A DNA stretch of 64,000 nt, taken from Rickettsiales bacterium. GTDB taxonomy: Bacteria > Pseudomonadota > Alphaproteobacteria > Rickettsiales > JABSSG01. A model generated the notes under the pieces. It was not told the origin of the DNA and searched no databases. It saw only the letters and a program-made list of their open reading frames with translations. Positions 19,180-26,650 of the stretch are shown in pieces. The DNA is taken from assembly GCA_040221415.1 (NCBI GenBank), contig JAVKEN010000022.1, positions 57,439 to 121,438 of the forward strand, in the 5' to 3' direction. A program made the position numbers and the translations under genes. Position 1 is the stretch's first letter. Every line of letters starts with the position of its first letter.

Positions 19180-19863
19180 TTAACGAGATCTCCCAGTTGA
19201 CTGAGGTTTACGCGCAACTGTTCGTGGTGTACGCGTTGTACGGCGTCTTCGAGATTTAGGTTGCTTACGACGATCCCTTGTAGATTTCTTCTCTGATTTT
19301 TTTGGATCTTCATGCTGCATAGACTCAATAATTGCATTCGCAATTGTATCTGAGTGTTTACGCTTAAAAATTTTGTCCTTGGATAAATCGGAAAAATGTT
19401 TCTCGATAAAATCATCCAGTCCTTTTTCTTTAATTATTTCATCAACTAGCTGCTCTGGTGAAAATTGATCAAACTCATCCGGAATCAAAGAATGTTTCTT
19501 AAGTATTTTATGAATTACTTTTTTCCGAATCTCATTATGATCCCTCGCTTTTTCTTTTTCTGACTTTGAGAGGATTTTATAATCCGAAGGATCAACGTCC
19601 ATTTCTTCAACCAACGGCATTATTCTTTTCTTCTCATGCAAGTAAGTATCTACTTCTTTTGGCATCAGATCAGAAGCGGTTCTACTCTCATTTTGATTTC
19701 CATGCTTGATACGATACAGCCAAGGATTGAAGCGATTTTGTTTTACTAAAGCATTATATACATCTTGTATTGATGTCTTACCTTCAGGTAAATTAAAAGT
19801 TTCCCACACATCTTGATAAGTAATGTCCATATAGAATCTGTCTGAACCTTTTGGTGTAGTCAT
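19180..19863 (-). CDS. Hypothetical 227-aa protein with an Arg-rich C-terminal tail
   Basis: The start overlaps the upstream stop (ATGA). C-terminus: RDRRKQPKSRRRRTTRTPRTVARKPQSTGRSR. Confidence 0.65.
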   Translation of the reverse strand: MTTPKGSDRFYMDITYQDVWETFNLPEGKTSIQDVYNALVKQNRFNPWLYRIKHGNQNESRTASDLMPKEVDTYLHEKKRIMPLVEEMDVDPSDYKILSKSEKEKARDHNEIRKKVIHKILKKHSLIPDEFDQFSPEQLVDEIIKEKGLDDFIEKHFSDLSKDKIFKRKHSDTIANAIIESMQHEDPKKSEKKSTRDRRKQPKSRRRRTTRTPRTVARKPQSTGRSR

Positions 19864-21332
19864 TTTTTCTTACCTCTTTCACTCATTTTAGAATAATAAC
19901 TTTTACTAGCAGCCTTACTTGCTTCTTTGGCTTTTCTTGCCTGTACCTCTTTAGTAACCGGCGTTACAGGAGCAGCCTTAGGGGAAGACTTACTGGCAAC
20001 TTCAACACCTAATGCCGCACTTATTTCGCTTGCTTTCTTTTCTGGAGATTCTTTTTGAGGAATTGGTTCTGATTTCTCTGGCGCTGCTTCCTGTTTTGTT
20101 GTTTCCTGCTTTGGTAAAGAGGTGTCAATGCCATCAGATAAGCGGGCCGCTGCTACTGCTGACTTTCCTTCGTCAGCCGCTTTGGTTGCGCCTTTTGCCG
20201 CTGTGGAAATCTCTATATCAGTTTCAGCAGCAGGAGCTTTGACGACATCACTAGCTAGCGCAGTTATCTCCGCCTCAACTGCTTCCGACTTTCTTTCTGC
20301 CGCTTGCTCTTGCTCCTTCTGAACAATTTTAAAGAACTCCCCAGGCAAAATAAATCCAGCAATTGACCTGCCATCTTTTGCTGCTCTTTCAGCACTTTGA
20401 GCGGATGCAAGCTCACGCCTTTTAGATTTAAGTTTAGATTCCATCTCTTTGTATTTTTCAACTTTTTGCTTACGCAGAGCTTCTTCCTGCTTTTTAGAGA
20501 GGCCTTCTTTTTTCTCGCTTAAAGCTTCGGTTTTTTTAGCAAATTTCTCAGCTGCATCTTTAAACTTATTTAATTTATCAACATCCTTCTGGGAAATATC
20601 ACCACCCTTGGCAATATTTTCTTCTATCTCGTCAATGTGACCTTTGAGAATCCCTGTAAGCTCACGGTAAGCCTGGAGCTTGAGCTTAGTTAATCTAAGC
20701 TGCTCACGGTTTTTCTTAATTTGCTCCTCTAAAGATAGATCTTCACCGCGTGCCTTTGACTTCGTTTTTGCTGATTGCAAATCATCACGCTCATGCGGGT
20801 CTACATTGTGACCTTCTCTCTTACGTGCTTCTTCAGCTGGATCAACACCGTAAATTTCCTTTTGAAGCTCGGCTATTTTTTTGTTGGCTTCATCAACACC
20901 TGATTCTATAAAGCCTTTTTCATCTGAGTGTGAAGGGTCGTCCTGAGTTAATCCTTGTGATTCTTTTATTTGAGCTTTTATCTGAGATATTCGACGATCT
21001 GCACTTCGCGCTAGAGATGCAAAGAATCCAAGCTCCGGCTCATCATCCTCTTTGTGAATTTGAGCTAAATGACTTTCAATTGAACCACCCTCTGATTCAG
21101 CACGAATCTCTGCAATACGGTGATTTGTTTCTTCAATTTTTTGGCCGAAAAACCCTCCAGGTCTACTTCTAGGAATTACTCCTGCAACTTCCGCCCTTCT
21201 AATTGCCCGCGCACGTCGGTTAACATCAAGAAGTATCTGCCCTTCAAGTGCTGAAGAAAAATCTTCGGAATCACCTCGAGAAGCATCTACCTTATCAACT
21301 AAGCTTGTTATAAAACTACGATATTCCATCAC
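19860..21332 (-). CDS. Hypothetical 490-aa coiled-coil protein with three GF(F/I)-x10-I-x2-I repeats
   Basis: Starts at GTG 21332 or ATG 21329. Repeats: GFFGQKIEETNHRIAEIRAE, GFFASLARSADRRISQIKAQI and GFIESGVDEANKKIAELQKEI. The central part is K/E-rich and the protein ends in MSERGKKK. Confidence 0.7.
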   Translation of the reverse strand: MMEYRSFITSLVDKVDASRGDSEDFSSALEGQILLDVNRRARAIRRAEVAGVIPRSRPGGFFGQKIEETNHRIAEIRAESEGGSIESHLAQIHKEDDEPELGFFASLARSADRRISQIKAQIKESQGLTQDDPSHSDEKGFIESGVDEANKKIAELQKEIYGVDPAEEARKREGHNVDPHERDDLQSAKTKSKARGEDLSLEEQIKKNREQLRLTKLKLQAYRELTGILKGHIDEIEENIAKGGDISQKDVDKLNKFKDAAEKFAKKTEALSEKKEGLSKKQEEALRKQKVEKYKEMESKLKSKRRELASAQSAERAAKDGRSIAGFILPGEFFKIVQKEQEQAAERKSEAVEAEITALASDVVKAPAAETDIEISTAAKGATKAADEGKSAVAAARLSDGIDTSLPKQETTKQEAAPEKSEPIPQKESPEKKASEISAALGVEVASKSSPKAAPVTPVTKEVQARKAKEASKAASKSYYSKMSERGKKK

Positions 21333-21340
21333 GCACCCTA

Positions 21341-21356
21341 AAATGCAATTGCATTT
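21341..21356. promoter_or_regulatory. 16-bp perfect palindrome AAATGCAATTGCATTT (possible operator)
   Basis: Lies immediately upstream of the start region of the 490-aa gene. An extra half-site, aaatgca, sits at ~21370. Confidence 0.3.
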
Positions 21357-21423
21357 AAAATTATTTACAAATGCATACTAACATTAATTTACTAATAAAT
21401 AATTAATGTATCCAGTGCTGGCT

Positions 21424-22020
21424 CTATTTCTCGGAATATGAAATGTAAATATCTACCCCGTCACTATAGTAAACTTCGAAATCTACTTTGTAATCACGAA
21501 CGTAATCATCATTATTATCAAAGTATTGATCAATGTCTTTCCAGCCATCAATTACAAGCTGAGGTCGGAAACCTTTTGCACTTTTTTTAGAAAACACCAA
21601 ATATTTGCCAACAGGAATTGTTACATACGAGTAATCTTCAAGCTTCCTGTTTACAGATGCAACCTCAGTACCTGCTGTTAATTTATATTTACCACCATTA
21701 CCATACTCTGAATAAACCCCATAAAACCTGTTTCCCGCAACTGAATCAGGAATTTTAGAAGCTATTTTATTTGAGTGGAATTTCTTCCATAATTTTTCGA
21801 TTAGCTCTTTTTGAGTCTCCATTGAATAGTCATAAGAACTTTCAACTGAATTACCAACTACAATTATTGGGCGATTAATAAAACCCTCATGAGGCTTTAT
21901 TGCATTCATAAAGAAAGTCGAGTAAAGCATCCAACACCCAACAATAGCGACCACCACACCAATTGCTATTGTTATAAATTTTTGTGATTTTAAATCGTCT
22001 AGCTTTTTAACAACTTTCAT
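21424..22020 (-). CDS. Membrane-anchored protein with a GyrI-like / effector-binding (Cass2-type) domain
   Basis: AGGAAAGGAA RBS and an N-terminal TM (FITIAIGVVVAIVGCWMLY). The remainder (FYGVYSEY...KYKLTAGTEV...YVTIPVGKYLVFSKK...VIDGWKDI) follows the GyrI-like small-molecule-binding pattern. Confidence 0.5.
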   Translation of the reverse strand: MKVVKKLDDLKSQKFITIAIGVVVAIVGCWMLYSTFFMNAIKPHEGFINRPIIVVGNSVESSYDYSMETQKELIEKLWKKFHSNKIASKIPDSVAGNRFYGVYSEYGNGGKYKLTAGTEVASVNRKLEDYSYVTIPVGKYLVFSKKSAKGFRPQLVIDGWKDIDQYFDNNDDYVRDYKVDFEVYYSDGVDIYISYSEK

Positions 22021-22091
22021 TTCCTTTCCTGTGATTGTTACAAAAAGATGTTATAAAATTCCAATATTAAAAGCAAGACTATAGTGAGCCT

Positions 22092-22310
22092 TTAAGATTC
22101 TGAGTCGTCATAATTTACGCCACCAGTAACATCGATCCCCCAAGGGTTATTATTTATTTCGAATGTTTTTGGATGACCCTCAAACGAATTAACAAATGCT
22201 GCACCACTTGCAAGAGCTATAGAGGATCCAAAGATAATTATAAACAGTAAACAAAGGCACTCCGAATTATCAACTACATATTCTTCTTCTATTTCAAACC
22301 TACCAGCCAT
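22092..22310 (-). CDS. Small hypothetical membrane protein (72 aa)
   Basis: AAGGA RBS and one TM (CLCLLFIIIFGSSIALASGAAF). Tightly packed between same-strand neighbours. Confidence 0.4.
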   Translation of the reverse strand: MAGRFEIEEEYVVDNSECLCLLFIIIFGSSIALASGAAFVNSFEGHPKTFEINNNPWGIDVTGGVNYDDSES

Positions 22311-22331
22311 AATTTTATCCTTATTATGTTA

Positions 22332-23093
22332 CTATCTTGATGCCCCATCATATTGGTGGTTAAAACCTCCAAATCCAGCGCCTCCATCATCTCCTAGTAC
22401 GCCAGGATCGTCATCAGCTCTTTCAACTTCTCCTGCCACTCTTAAAACCTCAGCTAATACTTCGGCCGCTCCTAAAACCGCAGCTACTTGAGCTCTTGCT
22501 GCCTCTACTTCTGGAACCACTTCTACTACAAAAACCTCCTCTTCTGGAACATTATCACCCCCTTCCGCACCAATGTCATCCTCCTCTTCAAAAGCAAGCA
22601 TATCAATATCCAGCTCAACTACGTTTTCGCCATTAATCACTTCTCTTTCAATCGCAATGTTACCATTTTCTATATAGCCACGTCTTATAGCCTGATCAAC
22701 ATTATTGTCGACGTTATAAAAGCGAAATTCTACATTGTGGAATCCAGCATCGTAAATAGCACGCATAAATTGCTCTCTATGATCAGCATTATCCTCAACG
22801 ATATTAGGAGCTATGAAATTGACAAGATATCTTTCATCTTCCCTTGGGATGATAAGATATATTCCCCTTTCAGCATCATCGTACAACTCTTCTAAAGCTT
22901 GCCGAATTGGAGCATCTATAGCAGGAATGACAAAATCACCCTCCTCTGCTTCAACTTCAGCGCCAGCAACCTCTTCATCTTCCGCTGGGGGCTCTTCCTC
23001 TAGCACTTCAGCTTCGGCGTCTTCTTCCTCTTCTTCTGGCGCCTCTCCATTTACTAACGGATTATCAACTACATCATCATCTTCAGGTGGCAT
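22332..23093 (-). CDS. Acidic protein (253 aa), member of the acidic Gly/Glu cluster
   Basis: AGAGGGAAAGA RBS. A poly-E/A N-terminus, a small central folded-looking region (IYLIIPREDERYLVNFIAP...VEFRFYNVDN), and an acidic C-terminal half. Confidence 0.65.
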   Translation of the reverse strand: MPPEDDDVVDNPLVNGEAPEEEEEDAEAEVLEEEPPAEDEEVAGAEVEAEEGDFVIPAIDAPIRQALEELYDDAERGIYLIIPREDERYLVNFIAPNIVEDNADHREQFMRAIYDAGFHNVEFRFYNVDNNVDQAIRRGYIENGNIAIEREVINGENVVELDIDMLAFEEEDDIGAEGGDNVPEEEVFVVEVVPEVEAARAQVAAVLGAAEVLAEVLRVAGEVERADDDPGVLGDDGGAGFGGFNHQYDGASR

Positions 23094-23215
23094 CTTTCCC
23101 TCTATTTTTTATCTAAAATTTTTTACTAAAAGCATCATCATTTGCTGATTATGAATCTTAGATAAAATAAAATAAAAAAACCAGCCTATAAGTGAAATCT
23201 TTTGTCTTTTTAAAC

Positions 23216-23476
23216 TTAGCTTTCTTCAGTAACTGACATTAGATCTCCGCTAGGAGCCATGGATGGCGTCACTTCACCTCCGAAACAGCCAAAGCAACTC
23301 ACAGACATGGAGGCACCTTCTCCTTCTCCGCCGCCGCCTTCACCTTCTCCTTCGCCTTCTCCGCCTACTTCACCTTCATCACCTCCCATTTCTCTACGCA
23401 GTTCAGCCTGAGCAACTTCAACCATTGGCGCTGTGTCAAATGAAAACGTATGACCGAAATATTGCATTTGAATCAT
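23216..23476 (-). CDS. Small acidic protein (86 aa) with an EGEGEGEGGGGEGEG tract
   Basis: ORF on the same strand as the cluster, with no obvious RBS. Composition matches its neighbours. Confidence 0.4.
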   Translation of the reverse strand: MIQMQYFGHTFSFDTAPMVEVAQAELRREMGGDEGEVGGEGEGEGEGGGGEGEGASMSVSCFGCFGGEVTPSMAPSGDLMSVTEES

Positions 23477-23520
23477 TGGAGGAAATTCAAAATCAGGACA
23501 ATTTTTAGCAGCATCTACTA

Positions 23521-23697
23521 CTATTTCTTCGCTATAGCTTCGAAATAATTATACATTCCATCTGAGGTAAGCTGACCTTTAAGGTAATCGTCACGTACTT
23601 TAATAAAAATAGTGTGTCTATTAATATTACCCACATATACATCGCTAAAACCAGCCCAATAATTTAAAGTATTCTTAATAGAATTGTAAATGTTCAT
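23521..23697 (-). CDS. Small hypothetical protein (58 aa), not in the supplied ORF track
   Basis: My translation: MNIYNSIKNTLNYWAGFSDVYVGNINRHTIFIKVRDDYLKGQLTSDGMYNYFEAIAKK. AGAGAGG RBS upstream; starts 28 nt after the stop of the 413-aa gene. Confidence 0.4.
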   Translation of the reverse strand: MNIYNSIKNTLNYWAGFSDVYVGNINRHTIFIKVRDDYLKGQLTSDGMYNYFEAIAKK

Positions 23698-23724
23698 TTT
23701 ATGCCTCTCTTTTATTATTATTTT

Positions 23725-24966
23725 TTATCCAGTATGACTACCATCGCCAGGGGCGATAAAAGCATCTTTTCCTGAAAGTAGTGATGCAAATAACGCTTCT
23801 TGTAGCTCTGGATCTGATTCTGGAATCGTCGTAGTTACAAGACCTTCTTCATCACCTAAACCGTTCCCGTCTTCTGGTTTAGCAGCGGTAGCATCTTGTG
23901 CATCAGGGTCTTTGTCGGCTTGAGGATGCACAGGCTCTTTTCCACCAAAAGCCTTTTTAAACCCTCTTTTAAGAGTACTCATAAGACCATCTTTAGAAGA
24001 TTCTTCTTCTCCTTGATCACTAGACTCCACATCTCCCTTAGAGGGGGGATTATGATCAGCGATAAACCCATCTTCGTCATCGTCTTCTTCTACGCCAACA
24101 CCATCATCATACACACCTGTTAATGCTCCTGCAGCAGGATTTTCGCTTTCTCTGTTACCAGAGGCTTCTTCTTCTCTCTCTTCATCGCTAGATTCTGGCT
24201 CTTTAAACTCTGGAGCACCACCAAGCTTAGAGGTTGGAAACATTTTCCCCTCGTTTTCTTCTGCTTCCTCTGCTGCTCTTTGCCTTGCTTCCTCTGCTGC
24301 TCTTTGCCTTGCTTCTTCTACTGCCCTTTCTCGTGCTTTTTCTTTAGCTATTTGTCTTGCTCTTATGGCTCCACCACCGTATCCAGATGAGCCAGCCGAT
24401 TTAAGAAGCTTTTCTACTTGATCATCAGCACCTAATGCATTTAAAAACGGTTTCTTTCCTAGTAAAATATCCATAGCTGTAAGAGAAGGTCCTCCTCTAA
24501 CCTGCGGATAAGCAGCAGCAAGTTCTGGATTTGCAGTATCACCTTCTTCAACCAACTCTCCAAGAACACCCCTCATTGCCTCACCAAACGCGCGGCTAGT
24601 TTTAACACCTTCCGGAGCAGCAGGGGTGTCACATCTTATAACATCATAACCTGGTGCAAATTTTCGCTTATAAACAGCAAATTTTCCTTCGTCACCTAAA
24701 GTAGTTTTTATAACAACTTCATGACCAATATTGATATTATAATGTCGTGCAAGTTCATCTATAATAGATGCTAGCACCGCGTCTCTTGCAACTCGATAAG
24801 CACCATTCATAAGCTTTAAATTACTTTTTATTTCTCTTACAAGCTCATCTTGATCTGTAATAGTAATCGTCACTAAGCCATCTTCGATAGCTACTTTAGA
24901 ATTTCCCCAACCATCCTCTTCTAATTCTTTTTTTATCTCACTAGGTTTACTTAATTTTTTTGGCAT
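23725..24966 (-). CDS. Acidic cluster protein (413 aa) ending ...APGDGSHTG
   Basis: AGGAGG RBS. An N-terminal folded-looking ~130 aa, an EEARQRAAEEARQRAAEE tandem repeat (24-nt unit, ~24263-24334), and an acidic tail. Confidence 0.7.
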   Translation of the reverse strand: MPKKLSKPSEIKKELEEDGWGNSKVAIEDGLVTITITDQDELVREIKSNLKLMNGAYRVARDAVLASIIDELARHYNINIGHEVVIKTTLGDEGKFAVYKRKFAPGYDVIRCDTPAAPEGVKTSRAFGEAMRGVLGELVEEGDTANPELAAAYPQVRGGPSLTAMDILLGKKPFLNALGADDQVEKLLKSAGSSGYGGGAIRARQIAKEKARERAVEEARQRAAEEARQRAAEEAEENEGKMFPTSKLGGAPEFKEPESSDEEREEEASGNRESENPAAGALTGVYDDGVGVEEDDDEDGFIADHNPPSKGDVESSDQGEEESSKDGLMSTLKRGFKKAFGGKEPVHPQADKDPDAQDATAAKPEDGNGLGDEEGLVTTTIPESDPELQEALFASLLSGKDAFIAPGDGSHTG

Positions 24967-24984
24967 TTTAACCTCCTAACTTAG

Positions 24985-25449
24985 TTAATAAAAACAATCT
25001 GACAATGGGACTTTTCCAAACATTTCATTATCAAATGAAGGAGAGCCTCTTAAATTTAGATCAGGATCTGAATCAGCTGGAAGCAAAGCTGTATAAGTGA
25101 CGGGACCTGTTGCAGCTTCTTCTCGTCCGCCACCTCCTGCTGCTGCCCCTCCTTCTTCAAATATATCTTCTATCAAGAAACCCATTGACAACCAATTATC
25201 ATCTCTATCAAGACCAGCAAAAACATAGCCGTCTTCATTGAAAAACTCTACCCTATGAAAATTATTTTCGACCAATGTTTGGGTGCCGCCAATATCCTGG
25301 AAAATCGACCTTATTTTACCGGAATCCACAGATCGTATGCCAGTTACATAAATTGCCTCGCCACGAGCATCGCCCCCTAAAACAAATTCATACTCAGGGT
25401 ATTTTTCAGCTGCTTCTTCTAAGATTTTCATTAATATGTGCCTCTTCAA
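24985..25449 (-). CDS. Acidic cluster protein (154 aa)
   Basis: GAAGAGG RBS. Begins MKRHILMKILEEAAEKYPEYEFVLGG, followed by EEGGAAAGGGGREE. Confidence 0.65.
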   Translation of the reverse strand: MKRHILMKILEEAAEKYPEYEFVLGGDARGEAIYVTGIRSVDSGKIRSIFQDIGGTQTLVENNFHRVEFFNEDGYVFAGLDRDDNWLSMGFLIEDIFEEGGAAAGGGGREEAATGPVTYTALLPADSDPDLNLRGSPSFDNEMFGKVPLSDCFY

Positions 25450-25456
25450 TATTTAT

Positions 25457-26284
25457 TTATCCTGTATGACCGCCCTCGCCAAAGCCGCTTGCACCGCCCA
25501 GCATAAAAGGAGTGGAATCTATACCTGGAATTTTTAAGTTATGAAAACTATCTGCTGTTACTCTTAGAGTCACTTCAGGTGGTCTGGCTAAGTTTGCTAA
25601 ATGAACTTCCCAATCATCTGGGTGAATGACACCTGGAACTGGAATTCCGCGGGGTCCCCAATCAAAATCTTCTTCGACGACTTCTTCTGCCGGTTCCTCC
25701 GAAGGTCCGCCGTTTCCAGCTTCTTCATCTGAATCACCTTCTTCTTCGTCATCCTCTTTTTCACGGTCTTCCTCTGTTCCAGACTCATCTTCTGAATCTT
25801 CCCCAGCAACTCCTCCACCAGAAGCTGCAGCCTCATCATCTTCAGCATCAATGATAAAAAAACTACCTTCACCACCTTCCTCTTCTGTATCATTAGTTCC
25901 AGAACGCTCTTTCCTTGCTATAGGCCCAGTAGGCGTCTCCACTTCATGAGGTGAGTCAAACTCATCTACGCGAGATTCAATAACTCCCTCTCCAAGGTAA
26001 ATTTCATTCGGCTCCCCAGCTACATGACGCCAAATTGTTAAATTTTCAATATCAAATTTTTCCATTAAACCATTAACAAAATCGATAAATTTTTCAGTTT
26101 GATCACGAGTTAAATTTAAAGCAGCAGTAGGAAAAACTAACCTAGGAAATGCGCCTAATTCAGGGTCATTTTCTTCCTCAAATCTAATTTGATCTATATA
26201 GTCACGACCATCGCAATATTCTTCAAGAATTTTAAGAGCAATATTACGTATTGAAACTAGCGAGACTCTTTCACCTGCTGACAT
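25457..26284 (-). CDS. Acidic cluster protein (275 aa) ending ...GFGEGGHTG
   Basis: MSAGER N-terminus with ILEE helix, and long D/E/G tracts (EEEGGEGS, EDSEDESGTEEDREKEDDEEEGDSDEE). Confidence 0.7.
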   Translation of the reverse strand: MSAGERVSLVSIRNIALKILEEYCDGRDYIDQIRFEEENDPELGAFPRLVFPTAALNLTRDQTEKFIDFVNGLMEKFDIENLTIWRHVAGEPNEIYLGEGVIESRVDEFDSPHEVETPTGPIARKERSGTNDTEEEGGEGSFFIIDAEDDEAAASGGGVAGEDSEDESGTEEDREKEDDEEEGDSDEEAGNGGPSEEPAEEVVEEDFDWGPRGIPVPGVIHPDDWEVHLANLARPPEVTLRVTADSFHNLKIPGIDSTPFMLGGASGFGEGGHTG

Positions 26285-26289
26285 TTTAC

Positions 26290-26466
26290 CTATTCTGTAT
26301 CGGAGGGTTGGCTTTCAACTACACTTCCAAAAAGCGGAGTGGATGGTTCCAAAGGTAAAGTGTCTGGAGTTCCTGGATCTGCAGGACCTGGTTCTGGCAC
26401 TACGCCATTACTTCTTATTAAAGCTGGGCGCACACCCAAAATAAAATTCAGATCTCTTATAGCCAT
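26290..26466 (-). CDS. Small Pro-rich hypothetical protein (58 aa), not in the supplied ORF track
   Basis: My translation: MAIRDLNFILGVRPALIRSNGVVPEPGPADPGTPDTLPLEPSTPLFGSVVESQPSDTE. GAGG RBS; its stop lies 5 nt before the next start. Confidence 0.4.
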   Translation of the reverse strand: MAIRDLNFILGVRPALIRSNGVVPEPGPADPGTPDTLPLEPSTPLFGSVVESQPSDTE

Positions 26467-26532
26467 AAAAACCTCAGCTAATTTATAAATGTAAAAAATA
26501 ATTCTTCAACAAAGACAAAAACTCAAGCAATT

Positions 26533-26560
26533 ATCATAAAAGGGATATTTTTTTTTGCAA
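26533..26560 (-). promoter_or_regulatory. Candidate sigma70-type promoter TTGCAA-N16-TATGAT
   Basis: Read on the minus strand, ~65 nt upstream of the 26466 start and just downstream of the terminator at 26589-26622. Confidence 0.3.
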
Positions 26561-26588
26561 GAATTTACTAGTAGGTCTGTTAGGCGAT

Positions 26589-26622
26589 AAAAAAACTGGT
26601 GAATCCACAAGGGACTCACCAG
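26589..26622 (-). terminator. Rho-independent terminator after the 643-aa gene
   Basis: The minus strand reads CTGGTGAgtcccttgtggatTCACCAG followed by TTTTTTT. The stem is 7 bp, extendable by 3 inner pairs. Confidence 0.6.
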
Positions 26623-26650
26623 CTAAAACTTAAACTAGGTAATTTGTTAA

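Noticed and set aside
19180-19863. J-domain-like appearance of the N-terminus of the 227-aa protein (YQDVWETFNLPEGKTSIQDVYNALVKQNRFNPW).
   Set aside because: The HPD tripeptide essential for J-domains is absent, and the similarity is only in helix spacing. That is too weak to call.
22488-23148. Plus-strand ORFs 22488-22895 and 22813-23148 antisense to the 253-aa acidic gene. Similar antisense ORFs occur in 25626-25949, 26835-27662 and 29037-30143.
   Set aside because: They are antisense shadows of GAA/GAG/GGN-rich coding sequence, which reads as Ser/Phe/Leu-rich on the opposite strand. They have no independent support.
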